From contig NZ_NVQC01000023.1 of assembly GCF_003044035.1 (NCBI RefSeq), forward strand, positions 77,301-141,300: DNA of 64,000 bases, given 5' to 3'. Position numbers and translations under genes: made by a program. The notes under the pieces were generated by a model. That model did no database searches and was not told the DNA's origin. It saw only the letters and a program-made list of their open reading frames with translations. The stretch comes from Candidatus Methylomirabilis limnetica (GTDB lineage Bacteria > Methylomirabilota > Methylomirabilia > Methylomirabilales > Methylomirabilaceae). Numbering within the stretch: the stretch's first letter is position 1; every line of letters begins with the position of its first letter. Below, piece by piece: positions 29,867 through 37,732 of the stretch.

Positions 29867-31345
29867 TCACGGCATATTCCTCTGAATCTTATCGGCGCAC
29901 GCCTTCGCCCAGTCGAGCAATCTAGAAACCTGGCTCTGGGTCGGCGCCTCGGCGTAGAGGCGAAGCACGGGCTCTGTCCCTGACGGCCGGATGAGCAGCC
30001 AGCCTCCGTCTGCCCCGACCAGCTTCACGCCATCCAGGGTCTGAACCTCTTTCACTCGCCACTCGTCGATATGGGTTGGTGGGTCGCTCGCAACGCGTCG
30101 CCCGAGTTCCGCCCCGTCTTCAGACCGAGCCAGTTGCAGGTCAAGACGCCGATAGCAATGGGGTCCCACCTTCGCCTCCAGCTCCCCGAGTAACACCCCA
30201 AGCGGTTTCTTTTCTGTCGCCATACACTCCAGCAGCAGCAACGCACTGACAATCCCATCCCGCTCAGGGATGTGCCCGGCAAACCCAATCCCCCCGCTCT
30301 CCTCTCCCCCGATCAGAAACGGCTCCCCTCGCATGACCTCGGCAATGTGCTTGAATCCGATCGGGGTGACCGCAAGCCGCAGGCCATGGCTCGCCGTCAA
30401 CCGGTCGATCATCGTGGTGGTGGAAAAGCTCTTGATCACCGTTCCAGAGAGTCCGCGCCTGGTTACCAGATGCTGCAGCAGCAATGCAAAGACCTGGTGC
30501 GGCGTGACATATGACCCAGTCTCATCGATGACCCCCAGGCGATCGCCGTCGCCGTCAAAGGCCAGCCCAATCTTTCTCGACTCGTTCAGATCCCTGACCC
30601 GTTCGGCGAGCTCTCCGAGACTCGCGCCCAGCGGTTCAGGAGGCACCCCCCCAAACCACGGGTTGATCTCCGCGTGAATCTCCTCGGCCTTCAGACCGAT
30701 CTGTCGAAGCATCGCCGCCACAATGCCCTGCGCCGCCCCGTACATCGGATCGATGACAACATGAATTCCTGAGCGGCCGATACGCTCCATATCGACCAGA
30801 GTACGTAGCCGCTCCTGATACTGCGGGAGGGGATCGAATGGATTGATCGCGCCCACTGTCGTCTGGTCCGTCGAAGGAGAGGCGCCCTCCGGCCGAACCC
30901 CGAGATCTCCCGAGAGGCGACGGACCTCTACCTCGATCTGATCGGTCAAGGTCGTCGTCGCGCAGCCGCCATCGGCTATGCGGACTTTCAACCCGTTGTA
31001 GGATGGAGGATTGTGACTGGCAGTGACCATCAGTCCACCCCGCGCCTTGAGAACCGGGATAGCGCACGCCAACATTGGGGTGGTAACGTGAGAGGTCGTG
31101 AGGCGAACCTCTACGCCGAGAGCGGTAAGAGCGTCAGCTGCTGTCTGCGCGAACCGACGGGAGAGAAAGCGGGTATCGTGACCGACGGCGACGAGGAAGC
31201 GCTGGCCTTCAGGATGGCTCGCTCGAAGGGTTGCAGCTACAGCGCCGGCAACCAGTCGAACGCCCTCAAAGGTGAAATCCCTGGCGATGACTCCCCGCCA
31301 ACCGTCCGTCCCAAAGCGGATCTGCAGCGGCGCAGACATCAGCAC
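29867..31345 (-). CDS. phosphohexomutase (phosphoglucomutase/phosphomannomutase family)
   Basis: FGTDGWRG N-terminus and TASHNP active-site Ser loop. Confidence 0.8.
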   Translation of the reverse strand: MLMSAPLQIRFGTDGWRGVIARDFTFEGVRLVAGAVAATLRASHPEGQRFLVAVGHDTRFLSRRFAQTAADALTALGVEVRLTTSHVTTPMLACAIPVLKARGGLMVTASHNPPSYNGLKVRIADGGCATTTLTDQIEVEVRRLSGDLGVRPEGASPSTDQTTVGAINPFDPLPQYQERLRTLVDMERIGRSGIHVVIDPMYGAAQGIVAAMLRQIGLKAEEIHAEINPWFGGVPPEPLGASLGELAERVRDLNESRKIGLAFDGDGDRLGVIDETGSYVTPHQVFALLLQHLVTRRGLSGTVIKSFSTTTMIDRLTASHGLRLAVTPIGFKHIAEVMRGEPFLIGGEESGGIGFAGHIPERDGIVSALLLLECMATEKKPLGVLLGELEAKVGPHCYRRLDLQLARSEDGAELGRRVASDPPTHIDEWRVKEVQTLDGVKLVGADGGWLLIRPSGTEPVLRLYAEAPTQSQVSRLLDWAKACADKIQRNMP

Positions 31346-31487
31346 CCGCAGTTAGGTTCAATGCTGTTCACTTTAGCCGTTCGTGGTGAGCCTGTCGAAC
31401 CACAATTACCCTTCGACAAGCTCAGGGCGAACGGCGTGGGGCTTAAGTGAACAGTATTGCAGTTGGGTGACGGGAAACGGATCGGGA

Positions 31488-31841
31488 TCATCGCGTGAGG
31501 GGGTAGCCTTGCTTGAGCCAGGCAATGGTTCCCCCTTCAAGGTTGTAGATCTGCGTCCTACCGATGGCCGCCGCAACCTCGCAGGCCACTGCGCTCCGGA
31601 TTCCTTCGGCGCACACGAAGATGATGCCGTCCTGCTGGAGCAGCTCTCGCGGGCGATTCATCAGCGTTCCCAGAGGGATATGCACGGACTCGGCGATATG
31701 CCCCTGGCTCCACTCCGCCGACTCCCGCACATCGACCACGACCATGCCCCCTTTATCGATCAGCCCCTTGGCCGTTCCCGGGGTGATGCGATCAAATGGA
31801 TCCTGGAACTCCTCTTTCGATATCATACCTTCCCTTCCCAA
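31488..31841 (-). CDS. rhodanese-like domain protein
   Basis: 117 aa with active-site loop CAEGIRS. Confidence 0.7.
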   Translation of the reverse strand: MGREGMISKEEFQDPFDRITPGTAKGLIDKGGMVVVDVRESAEWSQGHIAESVHIPLGTLMNRPRELLQQDGIIFVCAEGIRSAVACEVAAAIGRTQIYNLEGGTIAWLKQGYPLTR

Positions 31842-31959
31842 GTTTGACGATGTATCGCCGCATCAACCGCAACAGAGGAAACCGCATGCCCTCGCAGTAA
31901 GTCACTACACGCGTATAATAGCGCATCGTCCTCCCTTGCTTCAAGGACGATGCGCGGCT

Positions 31960-33051
31960 TTACTCCTCCAGGAAGTTCTGAACGCCTCGATAGAGTAGGA
32001 GGCGGTTCTTCTCCAGTATGGCGTAATGGGTTGAATCCCCAATGTCCAAGCGCCGCTTGGATGGCGCCGATGTGAGCTTCTGGAGGAGCTCTTCAGCGGC
32101 CTCGTTGCTTATCAACTCTTCGGCGCTCCCTCGAACGATCATGGTCGGTGCCTTGATCCTCGCTGGATCGAACAACGATCGGCCCGCGTGGATTTCGTGC
32201 CAATCGATGTACGGGCCGTTGGGAACCTGGATCGATTCCGGAGTGCGTTGTTTGGCTGTGGGGTCGGAGTTCAAGAGTGTGCTGATCCAAGCATCAATGA
32301 CCTCCCTGTCTCGCCAGTCATCCTGGAGTTCCGCCTTGATCCATCCATCCCACTGCTCAAGCATTGCCTTCCGAGATAGATAGCGATAGGCCCCCATTTC
32401 AAAATGCGGTCGATCGGTGTTGGTCGGGTCGCCGAACGTACTGACGAAGGTAGAATTCTTCCCATAAATCGCCCCGTACATCACCAGTTTATTCACCTTT
32501 TCCGGATGCATCGTCGCATACAGGGCGGACCAGGAAGCGCCAATAGAGTGTCCGATGATGTTGACTTTATCCACCTTTCGCTTGGAACGGATGTAATCGA
32601 CGGCAACATCAATATCCCGCATCACCTGATCCGCTCGAACCAGGGGAAGGTTCTGTTCCGGAGATTCCTTCATTTCCGGTGGCCTGGTCGAGCGTCCGAA
32701 TCCCCTGATATCCACGGTAAAAGCGTCAAAGCCGCGTTCGGCCACATACTCCAACCAGGAATATCCGGGAAGCGCAAGGTCAAAAATGACTGAGCCAGGG
32801 CCTGGAAGACCATGGACGAACAGGACCACATTCTCTTTGGTAATCTTTGGCAAGTTCGAGAGCCGCTTCTCTCGAACGAACAGTTTGACCCCCTGATCCC
32901 TGCCCTGCACCAAAAATTCCTCCTTGACGATGGCGTTCTCCTGCTCCGCCGCACCCACTGCAGAAGCGCTTATCGCGACAACCGCTAACGCCACTCGACA
33001 CATCCTGCCGATTCGCAACCAGTGATCCATCCTGCTCTCCTTTCTCCGCAT
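31960..33051 (-). CDS. secreted alpha/beta-hydrolase
   Basis: Signal peptide plus GHSIGAS nucleophile elbow. Confidence 0.65.
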   Translation of the reverse strand: MRRKESRMDHWLRIGRMCRVALAVVAISASAVGAAEQENAIVKEEFLVQGRDQGVKLFVREKRLSNLPKITKENVVLFVHGLPGPGSVIFDLALPGYSWLEYVAERGFDAFTVDIRGFGRSTRPPEMKESPEQNLPLVRADQVMRDIDVAVDYIRSKRKVDKVNIIGHSIGASWSALYATMHPEKVNKLVMYGAIYGKNSTFVSTFGDPTNTDRPHFEMGAYRYLSRKAMLEQWDGWIKAELQDDWRDREVIDAWISTLLNSDPTAKQRTPESIQVPNGPYIDWHEIHAGRSLFDPARIKAPTMIVRGSAEELISNEAAEELLQKLTSAPSKRRLDIGDSTHYAILEKNRLLLYRGVQNFLEE

Positions 33052-33132
33052 ATTCTATCGAAGCACCAATGTCTTATCTATTGAAGGCCCATCATTATAA
33101 GGCTAGAAGAGGCAGGAGTGTCAACTTCTTTT

Positions 33133-33272
33133 GTAACTACAGGTAGATAGACTGAAGGCTGAAGGCTGTTAGTGGTAGGAACCGAGAAGGTCTTGAACGG
33201 CTCGATTCGTGTCTTGCGAGATATTTATAACCTTCAGTCTTCAGCCTTCAGCCTAAACACCTGGGTAGTTAC
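33133..33272. repeat. MITE-like element, complete (subtype A)
   Basis: Left TIR gtaactacaggtagatagactgaaggctgaaggct. Right TIR agccttcagcctaaacacctgggtagttac. Confidence 0.75.
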
Positions 33273-33293
33273 ACTGATACCAGTGATTGCCAT

Positions 33294-34187
33294 TTGCCTC
33301 TGGGACCTGATTTTCTTATAATACGATCTATGAGTCAGGTAGATGACCTTCGAAGCGTCAGCCGCCAGGTAACCAAAAAGAGCGGCTCGAACTTCTACTA
33401 CTCCTTTCTCTTCCTCCCAAAGCCAAAACGCGAGGCGATGTACGCCGTCTACGCCTTCTGTCGGTTGAGCGACGATCTGGTGGATGAGTCAAAGGCTGGA
33501 GGCGATCCCTCGGCCGCGCTGACCCGATGGAGAAAAGCGCTCGATACCTACTTTCAGGACGGCGTTGGGCCCCCTGTCATCATGGCTGTTGGCCAAGCCG
33601 CGTGCCGGTTCAATATCCCAAAGGTCTACTTCGAGGAGCTGCTCAATGGCATGGAGATGGATCTCACGCGCGCCAGATATGCGACGCTTGACGAACTCTA
33701 CCCGTACTGCTACCGCGTGGCGTCGATTGTAGGCCTCATCTGCATCGAAATCTTTGGCTACACCAATCCGCAGACAAAGACGTACGCCGAACAACTGGGC
33801 ATTGCCTTTCAACTGACCAACATTATTCGGGATGTGGGTGTTGATGCACAACGAGGACGGATCTACCTTCCGCAGGATGAGTTGAAGCAGTTTGGATATT
33901 CTGAAGAAGAGCTGCTGGCCGGACGATACAACCGCGCCTTCATGGAGCTGATGCAGTTTCAGTGTGAGCGAGCCCGAGGCTTTTTTCACGCAGCCTCAGC
34001 CGCGTTGTCGGCAGAGGATGAGCGGTCGCTGCTGGCCGCAGAGATCATGCGGGCTATTTACTACCGCCTGTTGCTCAGAATCGAAGCGCAACAGTACGAT
34101 GTCTTCCGCGGGGATATCACTCTTGGTAAACCCCGGAAGCTTTTGTTGGCCGGCGGTCTGTGGCTCCGATCGATACTGCGCTTTTAG
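33294..34187 (+). CDS. squalene/phytoene synthase family enzyme (HpnC/HpnD-like)
   Basis: YYSFLFLP...AVYAFCRLSDDLVDE first Asp-rich motif and NIIRDVGVD second motif. Confidence 0.8.
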   Translation: MPLGPDFLIIRSMSQVDDLRSVSRQVTKKSGSNFYYSFLFLPKPKREAMYAVYAFCRLSDDLVDESKAGGDPSAALTRWRKALDTYFQDGVGPPVIMAVGQAACRFNIPKVYFEELLNGMEMDLTRARYATLDELYPYCYRVASIVGLICIEIFGYTNPQTKTYAEQLGIAFQLTNIIRDVGVDAQRGRIYLPQDELKQFGYSEEELLAGRYNRAFMELMQFQCERARGFFHAASAALSAEDERSLLAAEIMRAIYYRLLLRIEAQQYDVFRGDITLGKPRKLLLAGGLWLRSILRF

Positions 34188-34204
34188 TGTAATGTCCCCT
34201 GAGT

Positions 34205-34346
34205 CTCTTTGCTTTGATTGTCATTCCGGGCTTGATAAGCCTGCCCCGTACTTGATACGGGGGGAATCCAGTCGGGCCCTATGGATACCGGCTTCCGCCG
34301 GTATGACGAACTCGCGGCAAGCCTCGGGGAATGAACCCCCAGTGGA
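34205..34346. repeat. REP-2 structured repeat fused to a MITE remnant
   Basis: gtcattccgggcttgataagcc...ggataccggcttccgccggtatgacgaactcgcggcaagcc...gaacccccagtggattcaaga. Confidence 0.65.
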
Positions 34347-34433
34347 TTCAAGATCTTTCTGAAGTTTTGCGTGATCACGCATGACTTACACCTAACAGCC
34401 TTCAGTCTTCAGCCTATCTACCCGAGTAGTTAC
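34347..34433. repeat. MITE-like element, internal region plus right TIR only (left half replaced by REP-2)
   Basis: tctttctgaagttttgcgtgatcacgcatgacttacacctaacagccttcagtcttcagcctatctacccgagtagttac. Confidence 0.7.
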
Positions 34434-34473
34434 GCTGAAACATCTACACGGCAGAGACGGGGTCACGTCCTGA

Positions 34474-35070
34474 TTAGCGACCCTTACCGTGGTGGTCAAT
34501 CCCAATGTGGGCTTTGATGAACTTGACGATCCGCGCCTCGTCAAACTCATCAAACTTGTCGATCCTGCCCCATGCCGTCAGCGCAATCTTTCGATCCAGT
34601 CCGGTGTATGGCGCAAGGATAACGTGATCGTACCGCTCGGCAATCGCGGTGAGCTGTTTGATCAGGTCAGGGCAATCCTGACAGAAGTAGTTGATCGCCA
34701 CGCCGCCATCTTCGAGATTGTGAACCTGCATCTCCTTCGGGACCGGTTCGCTGTGAACGCCCCATTTTGCCACCCCGGCAGCATGAGGTCCAGAGGTTGG
34801 TGGATCGCTATTGTACGGCGGATGAGGGGTACCGAGGGCAACGTGGGGGCTCGGCAGGGTCGCAACGGAGGTCCAGCTCACCTTCTCCGTCATCTTGCCG
34901 TAACCCCAATAGGCGGCAACCATCAGAACGACCGCAATGGCGGAATAGAGCCCGATCTGCCCCATAACCCCCTGACGTCGCTTCGCTCTTTCCGCCTCAG
35001 CACGTTCCTGCTTTGCCTTTTGGTTAGCCTCTTTCTTGATTTGCGATTTCGCGATCTGCGGCTTTGCCAT
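34474..35070 (-). CDS. DUF3105-like membrane-anchored protein
   Basis: Lys-rich N-terminus, one TM, then HNLEDGGVAINY, which resembles the DUF3105 HNLEHG core. Confidence 0.5.
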   Translation of the reverse strand: MAKPQIAKSQIKKEANQKAKQERAEAERAKRRQGVMGQIGLYSAIAVVLMVAAYWGYGKMTEKVSWTSVATLPSPHVALGTPHPPYNSDPPTSGPHAAGVAKWGVHSEPVPKEMQVHNLEDGGVAINYFCQDCPDLIKQLTAIAERYDHVILAPYTGLDRKIALTAWGRIDKFDEFDEARIVKFIKAHIGIDHHGKGR

Positions 35071-35118
35071 CCACCCCCCTTTAATATTATCGCTGTGAGA
35101 CCGGCCTTGAACGCCAGG

Positions 35119-36003
35119 CTATTTGCTTCCTCCACTCTTCCGACGGTTGCCGACACCCTTACGCTCGACCGGCTGCGGCGTTTCTGGAGTGGCGACCAGT
35201 GTAAGCACCTCGCTAGCCGCCTCCTCGATCGATTTGCAGCTCATATCGATGACCGGCCAGCCCGCCTTGCGGAAGAGTGACCGGCTGTATGAAAGCTCAG
35301 CGCGCACATCCTCCACCTTCGCGTAGGCTTCAGCCGCAGGCGCAAGCTTGCGCTCGAGTCTGTCCCGCCGCAGATCCACCAGCCGTTCCACCCCCACAAT
35401 GAGCCCAACGATTCGGCCCTGATCGATCGTCATCAACCGGCCTGGCAGCGGAAGATGTAAGATCACGGGGACGTTCGCAACTCGCCACCCCTTTCCCGCC
35501 AGGTAGAGGCTCAACGGAGTCTTGGAGGTTCGTGAGACGCCGACGAAGACGATCTCGGCGCGGTCTAGGCCAAGCGGGTCCTGGCCGTCGTCGTGCTTGA
35601 AAGTATATTCGATAGCCTCGATTCGTTGGAGGGACTCCTGCCCTAGTTGTCGGAATAGACCGGGCTGCACAAGCGGGGGCATACACAACTGGTTGCTCAG
35701 GCGAAGCAGCAGCGGCCCGATCAGGTCGATGGTCTCTACCCCTCGCTCCCGTCCCTCCCGTAACAGGACATGCCTAAGCTCCTCTGACACCAGGGTATGC
35801 ACAATGATCCCTTTGTTCGCTTGGGCAGTCTCAATCGCACGTCGCACCTCACCCACCGTCCGGATATTGGGAAGACGGCAGATCTCCACCTCTGCCACCT
35901 GAAACTGAGCCAGCGCGGCACGGACAACCAGTTCCGCGGTGGCGCCGGTGGCGTCGGAAACGATAAAGATCTGATAACGGCCTCCGGATGAGGAGCGGTT
36001 CAT
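35119..36003 (-). CDS. PEP synthetase / pyruvate-phosphate dikinase regulatory protein (bifunctional kinase-pyrophosphorylase, DUF299)
   Basis: P-loop GVSRTSKTPLSLYLA and N-terminal IFIVSDATGATAE. 294 aa. Confidence 0.8.
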   Translation of the reverse strand: MNRSSSGGRYQIFIVSDATGATAELVVRAALAQFQVAEVEICRLPNIRTVGEVRRAIETAQANKGIIVHTLVSEELRHVLLREGRERGVETIDLIGPLLLRLSNQLCMPPLVQPGLFRQLGQESLQRIEAIEYTFKHDDGQDPLGLDRAEIVFVGVSRTSKTPLSLYLAGKGWRVANVPVILHLPLPGRLMTIDQGRIVGLIVGVERLVDLRRDRLERKLAPAAEAYAKVEDVRAELSYSRSLFRKAGWPVIDMSCKSIEEAASEVLTLVATPETPQPVERKGVGNRRKSGGSK

Positions 36004-36023
36004 AGCGGCTATCCTATCATCCC

Positions 36024-36189
36024 GTAACTACTCAGGTAGATAGACTGTAGGCTTTTAGACTGTAGGAACGCACCATGCGAGACCATACCAAGCCGAGAGC
36101 GCGTGAACTGGCCGACGAAGCGCCCTGATTCGGTCCGTGCGCAACTACTAACAGCCTTCAGCCTACAGCCTAAACACCTGAGTAGTTGC
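36024..36189. repeat. MITE-like element, complete (subtype B core, encodes MRDHTKPRARELADEAP on +)
   Basis: gtaactactcaggtagatagactgtaggc ... gcctacagcctaaacacctgagtagttgc. Core is the reverse complement of the 37337 copy. Confidence 0.75.
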
Positions 36190-36199
36190 CTCATCCCCA

Positions 36200-36649
36200 T
36201 TACAGTTCGAGGAGGACCGCCACTTCGTCGCAGCGGTACAACTTGCTGCAATTGAGGCAATCCTTCCACACCTTCTCTGGCAGTGTCAACTTGTCAACTA
36301 CGTGAAATCCAAGGCGCTCAAAGAAAGTCGGCTTATAGGTCAGGGCAAAGACTCGCCTCATCGGGAGGTCTTTCGCTGTGGCGATGCAGGCCTCGGTCAC
36401 TGCCCGACCGATCCCCTTCCCCTGGTACTCCGGCCAGACGGCCAGCGATCGAACCTCAGCCAGGTCTGCCCCGTAAACGAAGAGCGAGCACACTCCGGCA
36501 ATTAGCCCGTCCTGCTCAAAGACCTGAAAATCGCCGACCCGATCGTAGAGCTCCTGCGGCGCCAGTGGTAACAGTTCGCCCTTGCCGGCGTAGGCATTCA
36601 CCAAGCGCGCAATTGCCGGAACATCGGTCGTCTTCGCCTTCCTGACCAT
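36200..36649 (-). CDS. GNAT family N-acetyltransferase
   Basis: 149 aa with acetyl-CoA binding QGKGIGRAV motif A. Confidence 0.7.
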   Translation of the reverse strand: MVRKAKTTDVPAIARLVNAYAGKGELLPLAPQELYDRVGDFQVFEQDGLIAGVCSLFVYGADLAEVRSLAVWPEYQGKGIGRAVTEACIATAKDLPMRRVFALTYKPTFFERLGFHVVDKLTLPEKVWKDCLNCSKLYRCDEVAVLLEL

Positions 36650-36879
36650 GCGCTACTTCACCTGTCTGCGTGCGACTTGTCTTCGTGCGGCGCGCTGGCA
36701 TGGGTGCGGTCCGCCGCTATCGCCCCCTCACCGTATGATCCATCGATCCTTAGAACGGCATTCGCCACTACGCTCCTACTATCCTCGCCATTGTGAGGCG
36801 CACCCCGAATCTGAAAAGGTATTATTTGCCCGCTAGCGGAAACTGTCAAGGGAACTCTTAGACGGCAGATCCAACAGCT

Positions 36880-37314
36880 TTACTCACGAGGCCCTCGCCC
36901 CTCTCCCACCTTTTTTCCGGCCTTCGCGTGGAAGCGTGTGAGGTCAACAATGACCCGCTCGTGCTGACACTCGGCAATCTTCTCCACCTCGTCGAAGGCC
37001 TCGATCCGGAAAGTGAGACGCCGTCCATCAATCTGCGTCAGTGTCGCCACCACCTTCACCATAAGCCCGATCGGGGTTGGCGCCAGGTGCGTCATCTTTA
37101 TGATGCTGCCGACTGTGCCCTGCCCATCCGACAGATGCGGCTGCACGCTGGCTGTCGCCACCTCCTCCATCCACTCGACCACAACCGGCGTGGTAAGCAC
37201 ATGGACCAACGGGTTGCCATGCCGGTCGGCCGCCTCGGCCCCGGTCACCCTCCAGGCCCTCTCACACGTCATCCCTTCATGCAGGCTCATCGACTCCTCC
37301 CATCTCGGGCGCAT
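36880..37314 (-). CDS. hotdog-fold thioesterase (FlK/fluoroacetyl-CoA thioesterase-like)
   Basis: About 140 aa. Pattern GNPLVHVLTTPVVVEWMEEV...GTVGSIIKMTHLAPTPIG typical of FlK-like hotdog proteins. Confidence 0.55.
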   Translation of the reverse strand: MRPRWEESMSLHEGMTCERAWRVTGAEAADRHGNPLVHVLTTPVVVEWMEEVATASVQPHLSDGQGTVGSIIKMTHLAPTPIGLMVKVVATLTQIDGRRLTFRIEAFDEVEKIAECQHERVIVDLTRFHAKAGKKVGEGRGPRE

Positions 37315-37336
37315 TGTGCCGGTTGTCTCTGGACGC

Positions 37337-37504
37337 GTAACTACTCAGGTGTTTAGGCTGTAGGCTGAAGGCTGTTAGTCTTTGCGCATGGACCGAATCA
37401 AGGCGCACTTCGTCGGCCAGTTCAAACGCTCTGAGCTTGGCATGGTCTCGCATGGCGCGTTCCTACAGTCTAAAAGCCTACAGTCTATCTACCTGAGTAG
37501 TTAC
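37337..37504. repeat. MITE-like element, complete (subtype B, inverted relative to 36024)
   Basis: gtaactactcaggtgtttaggctgtaggctgaaggctgttag...ctacagtctatctacctgagtagttac. Confidence 0.75.
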
Positions 37505-37732
37505 TTGGGCGCAATAATACTTGACAGGCTCAGGAAGAGTGACTAGATTGAGCCGGTTTTGCTGAACTCCATACCCTGCGTGCTCCATGCTATCACACGA
37601 ACATGCCTGTGAGAGCGAAGGTCTTCATTGCGCCCGCCAACTTGACGAAATACGCTGACCGGGATAGCATCCTAACAGGCGTGCTGGCGCCAAGGTGACC
37701 AACGAGCCTCGCTGATCCGAGCATACTGTACC

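Noticed and set aside
33964-34362. 132-aa ORF ending ...LWIPASAGMTNSRQASGNEPPVDSRSF
   Set aside because: Its C-terminal half is the REP-2 repeat read in frame. The same peptide occurs wherever the repeat is translated. Overlaps the real hpnC/D-like gene end.
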